From Camelus dromedarius (taxonomy: Eukaryota): 64,000 nucleotides of DNA. The notes below the pieces were generated by a model. That model did no database searches. It had not been told where the DNA came from and worked only from the letters and a program-made list of their open reading frames with translations. Shown one piece after another: positions 1 through 13,619 of this stretch. Position 1 is the first letter of the stretch, and each line of letters starts with the position of its first letter. The stretch covers positions 42,968,001 to 43,032,000 of the forward strand of contig NC_087447.1 of the NCBI RefSeq assembly GCF_036321535.1. Direction: 5' to 3'. Position numbers and translations under genes: made by a program.

Positions 1-51
1 TGAAAAACTGGAAGACCCCAAGGGAGCCAGTTCCATATCTTAGGATAGGGG

Positions 52-174
52 GAGAGATAAGGCTAAGGGGATAGCATTGTTTTCTATTTGACTTCTAACC
101 TATAGTGAAGTGAGAGATAAGGCTAAGGGGATAGCATTGTTTTCTATTTGACTTCTAACCTATAGTGAAGTGAG
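52..174. repeat. Perfect 60-bp tandem duplication (two copies plus 3 nt)
   Basis: 52-114 identical to 112-174. Confidence 0.95.
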
Positions 175-439
175 GGAGAAGAAATGACACTGAGCTTTGT
201 AGAAGCTGACCAGAGTAAAACAAGCAGAAATGAATAAGCAATAAATAGCAAACCAAAGTTGACTAAGCTGCTTTTCTCTAAGCATACAGATGAAATACAT
301 TTCAGATTAAGAATTATTTGGGGAAACAATAGCTTCAGAAAAATGCATCTATGTTCTCTTAAATAATCTGAAAGGAACATAGAATTTTTAACACTTGGAA
401 TTAAGGAAAGCAGGGCAATCACTCACTAGTGAGGATCAT

Positions 440-753
440 GGGATATGAGACTTTGGAGCTGTGGCCAGCTGTGTTTCTTACCTTGTGAAGGCAGTTGGTC
501 TGTCTGTAAGAGCCAAGTCAACACATAGAAGAAGACATAAAAGACAGAGAAACACTCCTGGTTGAGATAAACGGGCCTGGTGGTGGTAGTGTTCAAGTCT
601 GTAGTTCTAGTTGTTCCTGAGGATATGCTGCTCTTCATGCATTTCCTAGAGTTATATGAGATATTCTAGTGTCCTTTTAATACAATCCTTTTATCTAAGC
701 TAGTTCAAGTTAGGCTTCTGCCATAGGCTTGCAACTAAGCATTCTATCTAATA
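440..753 (+). mobile_element. Old MaLR (MLT1-like) LTR fragment
   Basis: 3' end ttatctaagctagttcaagttaggcttctg...gcaactaagcattctatctaata resembles MLT1 LTR termini. Confidence 0.4.
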
Positions 754-774
754 TAATGTAGATAATAAAGACAG

Positions 775-2440
775 GCAGAGAAGATCCAACATATGCATTA
801 TTGGTGTACCTGATAAAGAGAGCCGAGCAAATGGACAAAAAATATTTAGATATAGAATGGAGGAAAACACCATCAGAGATCAAGGAAATTCGTCATCTGT
901 AGATCAAAAGGATACACAGTTCCAGGTAAAACTGAGACGGGATGATTAATACCAAGTAAGCATGTAGTAGTAAAGTTAGTGTACTTCAAGGTTAAGAAAA
1001 GGATCTTATAGGCATCTAGGCAGGAAAAGCAAGTCACCAGAAGGGGGATAATCAGACTGTCCTCAGACATCATGGTGACAGTCAAAGCCAGGAGGCAGGG
1101 GAGCAGTGTCTCTAGAACTTTGGTTGAATATATATGTGGGCAGACTTGAAACCTAGTCAAGCAGTGGTTTCTGTATAAAAGTAACAAATGAAATTCTCAA
1201 ACATTCAAGATCTAGTTCCTGAAAAACTGCCTCATGAATAAAATTAGTCTAAGTGACAAATGAGAAAAAAGAACTTGGGAGTGGAGAGGCAGATATATGA
1301 AAGGATTGGCAGGGTATGTGAAATCCATTTAAATATGGAACTAAAGTCAAATCTAAATAACTGTACATATGATGAAAACAAATAAATGTAAAGGCTATAC
1401 AATTAATAATGAAAAAGGAATTAACAAATGCAAGCTGGGGAGGATAGAAGAGGTGAAAGTATGCAGAAGTGTGTAAACTCATTTTTCTTAGTGGTGAGAG
1501 AGTCAGAGAAAAAAGTAATATAGCTTAAAGTTGATGACTTTACTGGTCTGAACTGAAACCTTGGCACTGCCACATACCAGCTGTGTAATCTCAGATAAGT
1601 TTAAGCCTCATCTGCAGTCACAGAATCTTCACCTGTATCATGATGATAATGGCACTACCCACCTACCAAGCTAGTTGTAAGGATTAAATGCAGTAATGTA
1701 TGTGAAATGCTCAGAACAATACCTGGCCCAGAGTAATCTAAAAATTACCTATGATTATTTATTATTATTATAAGGAGAAAATATGGGCAAATAGTTTTAT
1801 AATCTCAGGACAGAGAAAGGTCTTCCTAAGTATAACTTTAAACCCAGAGACCATTGAGGAAAAGATTAATAATTTGACTTCATATAAAGTAAGGGCCTTT
1901 GCATGGCGCAATCACCATGATAAGAAACAATGAACAAATACTCAAGTGGGTTAGAATAATTGCAAAATATTTGACAAAAGAAGGATTGATGTTGTTAATA
2001 TTCATGGATCACTGGTAAGTCAACAAGAAAATATGAGCAACCCAGTATAAAAATGGGTAATTGATATGAACACACATTTTATAGGAAAATAAAAACAATA
2101 AAAATTTGAAAAGATACTTAGTCTCACCTATAATTAAAGAGGTAGAAATTAAAATAGGTTGCCATTTTTCATTTATCAAATTGACGAAGACGGAAAACTT
2201 TGAAAATAATGGAGGAAAGGATATGATAAAATAAGCATTCTCATATCCCTTCTTGAGGACAGTTCGGCACTTTTCAAAATTATAACTGCTCACACATTTT
2301 ATCTCTGCAGTGTTACATCTAAGAATATATTCTACAAATGTATTTATCTTTGGGTACAAAGATACATGCAATAGGACGTTGTTTATAGCATTGCTTATAA
2401 TAGAAACAACTTGGGAGCAATTTACTTGTCTATCGATATG
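775..2440 (+). mobile_element. Ancient L1M fragments (ORF1-like and ORF2 3'-like), interrupted by a MIR
   Basis: A-rich, degenerate L1-like text; boundaries approximate. Confidence 0.5.
1545..1745 (+). mobile_element. MIR SINE
   Basis: gctgtgtaatctcagataagt...gttgtaaggattaaatg...atgtatgtgaaatgctcagaacaatacctggc matches MIR core and tail. Confidence 0.75.
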
Positions 2441-2802
2441 AGTCAAGAAAGAAAAATATATATATATGTATATATAACTGAATCACTTTGCTATGAGTCA
2501 CTGAAGTCACCTGAAATTAACACAACATTGTAAGCCAACCAACTATACTTCAAATAAATAATAATACTTTAAAGTATTTATATACCTTGGAATATTACAT
2601 AGCCACTGAAACAAAAGTTATATAAATATATGTACTGGTAACAGAAAAACGGCCAGGCTATATTCAGGAAAAAAAGTAAGTTTTTTGAGAATAGATATAG
2701 TATGATCTTATTTGCTAAAAAAATATATAATTTATTCTTACATATATGCATAGAAAATTTCTAGAATGTTATATGAGAACCATTAAAATTAGTTCTCTCT
2801 GA

Positions 2803-3593
2803 AAAGGGAACCCTCCTACACTGTTGGTGGGAATGTAATTTGGTGCAGCCATTATGAAAAACAGTATGGAAGTTCCTTAAAAAACTAAAAAAAGACTTGC
2901 CATATGATCTGGTAAGCCCCCTCCTGGGCATACATCTGGAGGAAACTCTAATTAGAAGAGATACATGCACCCCAACATTCATAGCAACATTATTTACAAC
3001 AGCCAAGACGTAGAAGCAACCTAAATGTCCATTGACAGATGATTGGATAAAGAAGATGTGGTATATGTATACAATGGAATTACTACTCAGCCAGAAAAAA
3101 TAAAATGCCATTTGCAGCAACATGAATGGACCTGGAGATTGTCATTCTAAGTGAAGTAAGCCAGAAAGAGAAAGAAAAATATCATATGATATCACTTATA
3201 TGTGGAATCTAAAATATGACACAAATGAACTTATTTATGAAGTGGAAACAGGCTCACAAACATAGAAAACAAACTTATGGTTACCAAAGGGGAAAAGAGT
3301 TAAGGGAGGGATAAATTAGGAGTTTGGGATTAGCAGATACAAACTGCTATATATAAAGTAGGTAAACAGCAAGGTTCTTCTGTATAGCACAGGGAACTAT
3401 ATTCAATATCCTGTAATAAGCCATAATAGAAAAGAATATGAAAAAGAATATGTGTATGTATGTATGTATGTGTGTGTGTATATATATAAAATATACACAC
3501 ACACATATATCTGGATCACTTTTCTGTATACCAGAAACTAACATAATGTTGTAAATCAACTATACTTCAATAAACAAGTAAATAAATAAAGTG
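2803..3593 (+). mobile_element. 5'-truncated L1 (ORF2 C-terminus plus 3'UTR), relatively young lineage family
   Basis: L1 ORF2 end and 3'UTR, aataaa and A-rich tail; TSD agttctctctga at 2791-2802 and 3594-3605. Confidence 0.9.
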
Positions 3594-5924
3594 AGTTCTC
3601 TCTGAGGTGGAGAATGGAGATGCTGTGATCTTTTATTTTCGTTTTGTACCCTCTGGACTCTTCCAATTTTTTAATAAAACAATCACCTTCTAATTTTATA
3701 GTAATTAAAAACAAACAAAAATAAGCTTTGACTAGTAGTGACTGGTGACAATGCTGCTTTTGAAAATAGAATTTTATCTTAATAAAATAACTTTGGGAAT
3801 AAAGTAATTTTGGATAAATAGCAAAACAAATCAAGTAAGTTGAACTATCATTTATTCAACAAAATTAAGGAAGCCTCTGTTTTGTATAAAGCACTGAACT
3901 GAGTGCCCTTGATGCTTACGACCTGTGGAATGCTTGATAAATGCTGTAAATAGAGGTTCAGACATTCCTCCTAGAGGTTGGATTTTCCCAGTTAAAACCA
4001 AGTGAAAATGGGATCTGTTCACAAATGTTGTTTTCACTAAGTGACCACTGTTGTGATACCAACCTAGAAACTAGCACCAAGGGCAGGAACAGTGCTATTG
4101 CTAAGGTTTGTGAATTCAGCTATGCCAGTGTGTTGGCTTTGTGCCTTGGTTATCGTAGTAATGGCTGCTGAAGCCTGAGGGAAAATGCGAGGAGGTGTGC
4201 TAATGAGAAGAGTCATGATGACAGGAAGAGAGGATCTGGAATTGCTGAGCAAAAACTAGATTTCATCCAATGCTGTATTTACCAGTGATGCTTAGATTTT
4301 ACATCACTATTTACTTACTGCTTTAAAGGCAATGATTTTATGAGGAAGATTGTATTTTCATGGAGCCTAGCAGACTCCAACATTTTCTAGTGTTTGGCCA
4401 TGTGATTTATACAAATCTATTTAGGATTTGTGACTTTTTTCTATTAAAGACTCTGTGGTTCTTCAAAAATCTTGTGAGCTCAAGACATTTGAGCAATGGG
4501 AAATGATTGCAGTATCCAGTTGGCACTGGTTGTTTGATTCTAAATACCCATACAGTCAGTTCTGCTATTAACACTGGTTTTGAAAGCTTGAATTTGTTGC
4601 AGCGTGATTGATATATTAGGAAACGATTTGAGCATAAATGAATTTCCTGTTTTCCTATGCATGATTTTGTCAGCAGGAAACACCAGGTGAACAGAGAATA
4701 TAGCTCCCATTTGCACTAAGCTGTATAGGAATACACAGAATGGACACATATACCCACCTGGAGTATCACTGTGTGTTGTGAGCCACACCCACCCACAGCT
4801 GTGTTACACCTTCCCTCTGATTTCAGATAAACTGCTCTCCACCATTTAACAGTGAATTCACAAGCTGCAGCCTTTCAAACACATCCACAAGCCAGCCTCA
4901 GGTCTTTTTTCAAGAAAAGGTGCCGTATTTATGTATTTTCCTAATGATTTAACATGTATGAAATTGTGCTGTCATTTTTCTTGGGTTCCTATCTCTTGTG
5001 TATGTGTCTCTGACAAATTTTTTGAGTCTTGTGTCCCTAACTGCATTTCCCGCTAAGGCCTGTGTTTTCTATGGCCAAATTTTTACATAGGGTAGTGAGC
5101 TTTGGGAATGCAGGTGTCTCTTAATAGCAAAATGACTACCTCCTTGAACACATCTATGCTGATCTTTTTTCCTTTTCATTTTAAGTTTATATAGTGCATC
5201 TGATTTTCAAAATTTAGTTGCACAAACACCCCCAGATGAATGATGGAAATCATGTTTTCCCTTTTGTTCTAGGTGCTTCATCGTACCCAGCTAGCTCAAC
5301 ATTTCCAAGGTTCAGCCAGTTTCTCTAGTTCCTCACTGGTGGTTGGTTAGGCCTTCCTAGTTCACATATGCTAATAAATTGGGTGATTTTTCTAAATTTG
5401 GCAAAGGGCTACATCCTCAATAAGGCCCCAGATGCCACATGTTGAACTCCTTTGGACTTCTCTAGACCTCTGTGACTCAAGGTTCATTACATTGCTGATC
5501 TTCTATGGGTTTATTATCCTATGAAGAAAACATTGTACAGGGTTTGTGGCCTGGAGGTCAAAGGTGCAAGTAGCATGTAATTCATAGCCACATACTTGTT
5601 ATTTGGAAATGAATTATTTGTGAAGAAGCTTAGCCATCTTTCTTTGAGGGTTTTTGTCTACTCCAGTGATGATTTAGGTTAACATAAAATCTTCCCTGTT
5701 GAATGCTGCAGTTCTTCTTGAGGTTCTAACATGGTACGAATGGATTAAGGAGTCACAACTGTATAATCACCTTTTTTACATCTGACTTATAATGCCTACC
5801 CTGTGCTCAGATTCCATTTCTTACTTCATTTCATTTAGCAGTTGCTTTATGAATTATTCCTGTAAAAATTTGAGAAGTAGAAATGTATATTTTGGCATGA
5901 ATATTTGGTTTAAGATTTTCTTTA

Positions 5925-5988
5925 TAGAAGTATAGACTTTTATTCTAATTTTAGAAGATAGAAATTTTATTCTGATTTTAGAAGATAG
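5925..5988. repeat. 27-bp minisatellite, about 2.4 copies
   Basis: tagaag(t)ataga..ttttattct.attt units starting at 5925, 5952 and 5979. Confidence 0.8.
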
Positions 5989-6119
5989 GAATATGGCCTG
6001 CTTTTAAATTGAAATTTAAGATTTCTTTGAATTTTCTCTTTGAAAGAAAGTATCTTTGCCGATAGTACATTTAGCAAAGAGGGACGTTACAGTGGTGACC
6101 TTAAAATCTGTTCTTCTCT

Positions 6120-7265
6120 TCTTCATTCATTCGTTCTAGACCAAATATTTGTTAAGTGCCTACTGTGTGTTGTATTGTTTTAGGCTGTGGAGAATATGAT
6201 GATGAGCAAAAATAGTACTATCCTTTCACAGTCTAGGGGGAGATTTTAATCAATTACTAAGCAAAATATATAATTATAAGTTGTGATAAATACTGTGAAG
6301 AAAAAGTGAAAATTCCTTTGAAAGAGAAAAAACAGGGAGACTTAATTTGGGTAAGTAATTTAAAAAGGCCTTTCTGAGGAAGTGACATTTACACTGAGAC
6401 CTACAGGATAAGGAGTTTACCGGAAGGGAAAGGGGGTGGAAGGATTTCCAGGCAGCGGCAAGAGGTTTTGTGATATCATTTTATAGTACTTATGACCTTT
6501 TTAGATGCTTATATAATTAGGTACTAGTCTATGAGCAAGACAGTTTATAGAGCTGTGTTACTGAAAAGATGCATATAAATTACATTTTTATAAATGAATT
6601 CCTGAATTCCTGCAGGCTTACATTATATTCACTGCGCTATATCATCTGCATTTGATTGATGTTCAGTTACTTCAATTACCGCTAGATTGATTTTTCCAAA
6701 GCACAACTTTGATGATGCCTTTTCCTGTTCAGAAACCTTTACCAGCTCCCCAGTTACCCAACAAAGTCCAGACTTCTCAGCCCTCCCAAATTGGTGCTAA
6801 TCTCAATATCCTACTTCATCTTTAATTACTCCTGCGTCAGCAGTACTCTCTGTTAGCCAGTAGAATTTCTGGATGAGCGTGGATACTTCCTCATAGGTCC
6901 ACCTTCACTTGCTTTGTTTCACTTCCCTTACAATGTTTACCTCCTTCTGAGATTGTCCAAATCACATGTATATGTCCAGGCCCATTTCAGACGTGACCGT
7001 CTAACCTCACTGCCTTCTCTGATCACCCCCGCTGGAAGTCACTTCTTCTTCTGACATTTTATTTTTGCTGCTCTTTAGGCACTTCACCCATCTTGTTTTG
7101 TTTTGAAGGTATTTCTAGTCATGTCTTATCTTCCCAACTAGACTTGTAATAAGCTTCTCGAGTCCCAAGCCTGTGATGGGTAAGTCTTTGCTTCTTTCAC
7201 TGTGCCTAACACAGTCCCTTGCATATGGTAGGCTCTAAATAAAAAATTTTGGAAGGAATTTATAA
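6120..7265. mobile_element. L2 fragments (about 6120-6480 and 6660-7265)
   Basis: ttcattcattc..aaatatttgttaagtgcctactgtgtg and acagtcccttgcatatggtaggctctaaataaa resemble L2 3' ends. Confidence 0.55.
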
Positions 7266-9090
7266 GTTAATTGTTGGTTGCTAGATTGCTCTTAAAAAGT
7301 TGTTAGTGGTCTCTAAATAAAGGCATCAAGGGATTGGCATATACAAAAATCCTTTGTAGAGCTGGTAATCCTATATTCTGATTTTCTCACAGAGACACTA
7401 CTCACTTGGGATGTTTACATGTCTTTTTGCTCATTTCAGTGACACTGATTCAGGGAGATTATTTTAGATTCATAAATGGTGCTGTCATTTCTATTTTTGC
7501 CTCTCTTTTGAAGGTTTGCATGCTCATTTAGCTGTAAAAAAAGAACAAAAAGAACAAATCAACACCCTCTCCAGTTGTTGATACCCAGCAGGGAGAAACA
7601 GATTTGAAAGCATGTCTAAATAATGCACTTATTTTGATTGTTTTGGGTTTTCCAAGTGTATGTGGCCTTTAAATGAGTTCAGAATAATCCCACATAGAAT
7701 TTCCTTACTCACTGGTTCATTTGGACCTATACCTCTGGTGGACAACTTTCTATTTATAAGTTTTTACTAAAACCCATTTCCCTTTGAGAAGGTGTGCCCT
7801 TTACTTCTGTCTGAATAAGCATTTGAACAGCTTTTAGATTGCTATGCAGTTTGTGACTGTAGGACCATGTCATGGCTTTAGTTGATGTAATTCTTAGGGT
7901 CCTTTCTTGAAATAATATTATCTCAGACAATATTTAAATACACAGAATTTCTCAGAAAAATTTGTTTCCAAGGACAAGTAAAACAAAGTATAGTTGCAAA
8001 AATGTGTAAATATTTATGATTGATATAGTAGTTATAATTCATTTAAATTATTGTTTTGGCTAGAAGTATTTCTTTATAAGTCTCTTTCGGTTATATTCAC
8101 TCCCCCCCTTATTTAAGTGGTACTTTCTTTAAAAAGAAATCATTTAGAAATTTCATATCTTTATGATTAACTCTATTTTTCTTAAAATTTAACCCTTGAG
8201 TAATATATGACTATGAATTGATGAGTATATATGAGTTAGCAGAGGCTCTTTTTCTTCGAGTATATTATCTACTTTTCTTACAAAATTATTATGTATTTTG
8301 TAAAAAAAAAAATTTTAAGTTGTAAGGAAAAAATAAAATATTCGTAATTTTTCTTTTCAGAGACAATCATTATTCTAGGTATTTGTTAATAAAAAGAAAT
8401 CTCTAAATAGGTATTAGTTAAGGATACATATAAATCTCAACTGGGAAAACAAAAATCTGATTTCCTCTCTGGAGGCAGTTTTCATATTAAATTAAATCAG
8501 AGACCTAGAGTTTAAAAAATTTCTTTAAGAGTGTTTTGACCTGGAAATTGTGAATTACTATTGAGGAAGATCATGTGGCCTTTTAACCTTTCCTAGTTAC
8601 ATTGTTCACGTGGTGAATATTTGCTAAAGACTATTTGTTTTAATATTTAGTCTTGGCATATAAATTTGATACGTTGGTTTATCAACAAATGTGGCCAAAT
8701 AATAGTGTTTTAGGCTATGTATTTTTGAGCTCTTAATCACTGAAGGCATTTGAAACTGCTCTCATCTGCTGATATGAATGACAACTAAATGGTCAATATA
8801 ATGTCCCTCTTTTGAATTCCCCTGGAACCATATCATAGGGCAAGATCTTTGATAGATATGTGGTTTCATTTGGTCGTATTTGACATCTTAGGGGAATCTG
8901 ATGAATGAGTTGCTAAAGATCTTGAGAACAGAAATAGTCTGTATTAGGCAGAATCAGATTGATAGAGACAATGAGAAGCTATAAAAAGTAGAAACAAAGT
9001 CATTTTGCTTGTTAAGATTCATTTGTTCATTCAGCAAATACCGTTCATCATTCAAGCACATTTGATTGTGTGCTTGGTATTGTTTTAGAT

Positions 9091-9300
9091 CAAGGTTTCT
9101 CAACCTTGGCACTAATGGCATTTTGGGCTGGATAATTCTTTGTTGTAGGGCTGTCCTATACATTGTAGATGTTTATCTGCATCCTTGGCTTCTACACTCT
9201 AGATGCCAGTAGCACTCCCCGAGTTGTGACAACTAAAAATATCCCCAGATACTGTCAGGTATCCCCTGGAAGACAAAATCACCTCTGGTTGAGAACCACT
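9091..9300. mobile_element. MER20 (hAT-Charlie) non-autonomous DNA transposon
   Basis: caaggtttctcaaccttggcact...ggttgagaaccact(g) full-length match; 8-bp TSD ttttagat (9083-9090) / ttttaaat (10072-10079). Confidence 0.9.
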
Positions 9301-9763
9301 TTTTTTTTTTTTCCTTGAGGTATAGTTGATTTACAATGTTGTGTTAATTTCTGGTATACAGCATAGTGATTCAGTTGTGTATATATACATACATATATAT
9401 ATTCCTTTTCATATTCTTTTTCATTATAGGCTATTACAAGGTATTGAACATATTTCCCTGTGCTATATAGTAGGACCTTATTGTTTATCTATTTTATATA
9501 TAGTAGTTAGTACCTGCAAATCCTGAACTCCCAATTTATCCCTCCCCACTCCCTTCCCCCCTGGTAACCATACATTTGTTTTCTATGTCTGTGAGTGTGT
9601 TTCTGTTTTGTAAATAAGTTCATTTGTGTCATTTTTTAGATTCCGCATATAAGTGATACTGTATGGTATTTTTCTTTCTCTTTCTGACTTCACTTAGTAT
9701 GACGATCTCTAGGTCCATCCATGTTGCTGCAAATGGCATTATTTTATTCTTTTTTATGGCTGA

Positions 9764-9810
<47 letters not shown>

Positions 9811-10060
9811 CACATCTTCTTTATCCATTCATTTGTCAGTGGACATTTAGGTTGCTTCCATGTCTTAGCTATTGTAAGTAATGCTACTGTGAACATTGAG
9901 GTGCATGTATTCCTTTTAATTAGAGTTTCCTCTGGATATATGCCCAGGAGTGAGATTGCTAGATCATATGTTAACTCTATTTTTGTTTTTTTTTAAGGAA
10001 TCTCCATACTGTTTTCCATAGTGGCTGTACCAAACTACATTCCTACCAACAGTGTCGGAG
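9301..10060 (-). mobile_element. 5'-truncated L1 with internal (CA)n at about 9765-9809
   Basis: Poly-T then reverse L1 3'UTR/ORF2 end; TSD gagaaccact at 9291-9300 and 10061-10070. Confidence 0.92.
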
Positions 10061-12481
10061 GAGAACCACTGTTTTAAATGAACATTTTAAAAGCAAATTT
10101 TTTGAATGTATTTTGCATTGTTTCCCTATCTCAAATGTTCTACATGTTCCATGCAATTTGGCCTTTCAATATTTTCCAAATAGTGCCCTATCTTAAAAAA
10201 TGACTTAGATTTTATAATGGAATATGGAACTAGCCATATTAGCTGTAGAAATATTGAAATAAAAACTTTATATTTTAAGAGTAACAGTTGATTTAATCAT
10301 GATTTATTAGCATTTATGACATCTTGGATCAAATAATCTACTATTTCTTGATTTTTTAAGAAAGTACTTTGCACCTAAGAGCAAATTCTTACAAAGAAAC
10401 CTTCTAACACTTGTTATTTTTCCTCCTTTAAGAATAATCCTATTCATCTTTTGTTTTAAAGGCTCTGTAACTTATTGGTACTGCATAAAAATTCCATTAT
10501 TGTAGAAACTGTTCTCTTTGCTTCTCTGCTGCATCCTTTTCTGAAGTTATAAGAGATGTGAAACATATTCTGAAAATTCATTCAAAGCTTTAAAACTTAT
10601 TATATCCAGGAGAGACAGATTTAAGATTGCTGAGGTTTCTGGTTGAAGTACTTCAAGCAGAAATCCATACTCCATTAGACTCTCTAACATTGTGACCTTA
10701 ATTTTCCAGATATTTTGCCCTTTAAATTGAAAGCAGTATTTTAATACTATTTAAGTCTTCTGGAGGGACTTGTAATATCACAGACTTAAGTTGTGAAACA
10801 TTTGAAACAAATGAAAAGTAAAATAGCAACTAACTTAGGACTGTATAATTTTATATGTATTTTTTATTTCAAAATATACAATGATGGAAAGATATGCATG
10901 GAACATACCTAGTGCACTGAAGTTTGTGAAAAAAAGCTATTTCGTAAGGAGTTGTTCATACTGTGTTTGAGCAGAATTTCTTTCATGGGGTTTGTTCTTG
11001 GCGTTGCCAAAAGAGTTTCTCATTTGGAATAGTTGTTAAGTTCCCTGAAGTTAGGAAATTTACTTTATATAAAACTATGGTCTGGATGAAATGAAAATCT
11101 ACCTGGACAATAGCTGCTGAGTTATCTTGCTTCAGCAGATAAAGCAGGAAATGTAAAATTGTATTATACTACTGAGTCAGGAGAGTGAGAACTATTTAAG
11201 AAAAAACCCTCTATGGAAAAGGAGAAATGAAAAGCCCCTTGTTCTTTCATTAGTAAATTAGGTCAGTTTTAAAATAATATGCTCACTGAAAAATGTACAC
11301 ATTTCTCCAGTAATTGATATAATTTAATCCAATTCATATCTTAAAGGTATAACACTGAATTGAATTCTTTAGGGGCCCTTAATTGCTTTGTCTATATTCT
11401 GTTGTAAAGCATTGTTTAGAACCTAAGTTGATCATATAATCTTCTTTAGGTTATGGCTCACCAAAGAATGATGTATCAAATATTCTTTATTAATCTATAG
11501 AAGCTTAAATTTTATATTGGCCTCTGTGTATTACTTTAGTTATGAGTCAACTGTTAAAGGGATACGGTAACCTCCCCGAGTTCCTTTACACATACTCATG
11601 TTGGTTAAATGCCAAACATATCATGTGACTGTATTAATGCCAAGTAATTATTGCATGAGTTGCTAGGGGGCATTCCTTAACATACAGAAACAACTGCAGG
11701 TAGATTCTTCAAGTCTTTTGCTGTCCTGCTGTAATCCAAAACTAAGGTAGTTTGCCCTTATTGGTATTGATGTTTTACGGGCGCTCCATTGCTTCAGGCT
11801 AAAGGTGAAACTACTCTTGCCTGTTTGCAGAATGTAGCCTGTTTTTGCTGAGGGTTTGGTTTGTTTTTTATCTCCACCATGTTGACCAGGTGTCTTACTC
11901 CTTCACCTTAATCACTGATTCATTGTTTCCCTAATGATTACTCGTGTCCTCATCAGACCAGGACAAGGGAGATCCACCACCTCCACTTCTGCTGAGAGAA
12001 CAGCTTTTGAGGTACAGCACAGTGTCCAGAGATTGTCATCAAGCCCCTGGAGGACTGGGCTTGATACCAACATAAGAGTGCCTTTTCTGTAAACTTGTCA
12101 TATCTTTTAGTAGTGAAATCCTTCTAGCTGGACCTTACATTTCTTGGATATGGCTGAACATCAAAGGGAGAACAGATTCTGGGCAACTCTTAAACTTATT
12201 CATTCCAGTTGCTATCATCAGTGTATTTGGAAACATTCCTCTTAGGTTTTATATACCTTCTTGTTGTCAGAATAGCTAACTGGCCAGATAGTAGTGGTTC
12301 ATTGTCCCGTAATTATAGACTGAAACAGCTCCTGACCCCTGACTTTTAGGAACTTTTCTGTTAGATTAGCTCTAGATTCCTCCCCTCTTTAGCACTTTAT
12401 AAAAGGAGTAGACCATCTGCTCCTCTTTCATCATCTGGAGAGATGTGTGTACATATGTGTTCATTCATTCATTCAGCATTT

Positions 12482-13109
12482 TAAAAACCTGAAGTATGGT
12501 CAGTTTACAATGTTGTGTCAACTTCTGGTATATAGCATAATGTTTCAATCATCCATATGCATACATATATTCCTTTTCATATTCTTCCTCATTATAGGTT
12601 ACCACAAGATATTGAATATTGTTCCCTGTGCTATAGAGTAGAAAATTGCTGTTTATCTATTTTATATATAGTAGTTAGTATCTGCAAATCTCAAACTCCC
12701 AATTTATCCATTCACACCCTCTGACCTCCCTGGTAACCATAAGTTTGTTTTCTGTGTCTGTGAGTCTGTTTCTGGTTTGTAAATAAGTTTATTTGTGTCT
12801 TTTTTTTTTTTTTAAGATTCCAGGTATAAGTGATATCATACGGCATTTCTCCCTCTATTTCTGGCTTACTTCACTTAGAATGACTCCAGGTCCATCTGTA
12901 TTGCTGCAAATGGCATTATTTTATTCTTTTTTATGGCTCAGTAGTATTCCATTGTATAAATATACCACAACTTCTTTATCTAGTCATCTGTTGATGGACA
13001 TTTAGGTTGTTTCCATGTCTTGGCTATTGTAAACAGTGCTGCTATGAACATTGGGGTGCATGTGTCTTTTTGAATTAAAGTTCCCTCCAGATATATGCCC
13101 AAGAGTGGA
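12482..13109 (-). mobile_element. 5'-truncated L1
   Basis: Same family as 9301-10060; TSD attcattcagc(a/g)ttt at 12467 and 13110. Confidence 0.9.
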
Positions 13110-13619
13110 ATTCATTCAGCGTTTGTTAAATACCAGACACTAGTGCAGGACACATCTTGTCAGTTTGGGTCACTCTGGAAAATTCTTGGGAATTCACCTG
13201 TATTCCTGAGCTCTTTGTTTTTCCAGAAAAAATCCTGCTATTGGCTTTTTTTAGTTAGTGGCAACAAAGTAATCTATAAAAATATACTTATAACTACTAA
13301 AATGACAAGATTCACCCTTAATAGTTCCCTTGACAGAACATCTCAGCATAGAAATAGAAGATATAAAGAAGAACCAAATGAAATTTTAGTACTGAAAAAT
13401 ACAGTTGAAATAAAAAACTCACTAGTCTTTAGATTTATGCTTGACTAAGTTCTAGTTCAATTTTTAAGCAGTAATACTTCATAAGTGGTGCTGTGTATTT
13501 CCTCTTGTCTCACATCATAAGCTTCGAATCACATCATCAGACACAGAGTGTCTGGTTGTCCCACTTTTAGTGAGAATAATACTCATCAGTAGATTCAGGT
13601 GGTATGAGCCTGACCCCTC

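Noticed and set aside
5273..5345. Possible UTR exon after acceptor cccttttgttctAG
   Set aside because: Good acceptor but only a weak donor (TTG|GTTAGG); unsupported without transcript data.
12038..12065. 9-bp hairpin atcaagccc...gggcttgat
   Set aside because: Expected by chance in 64 kb.
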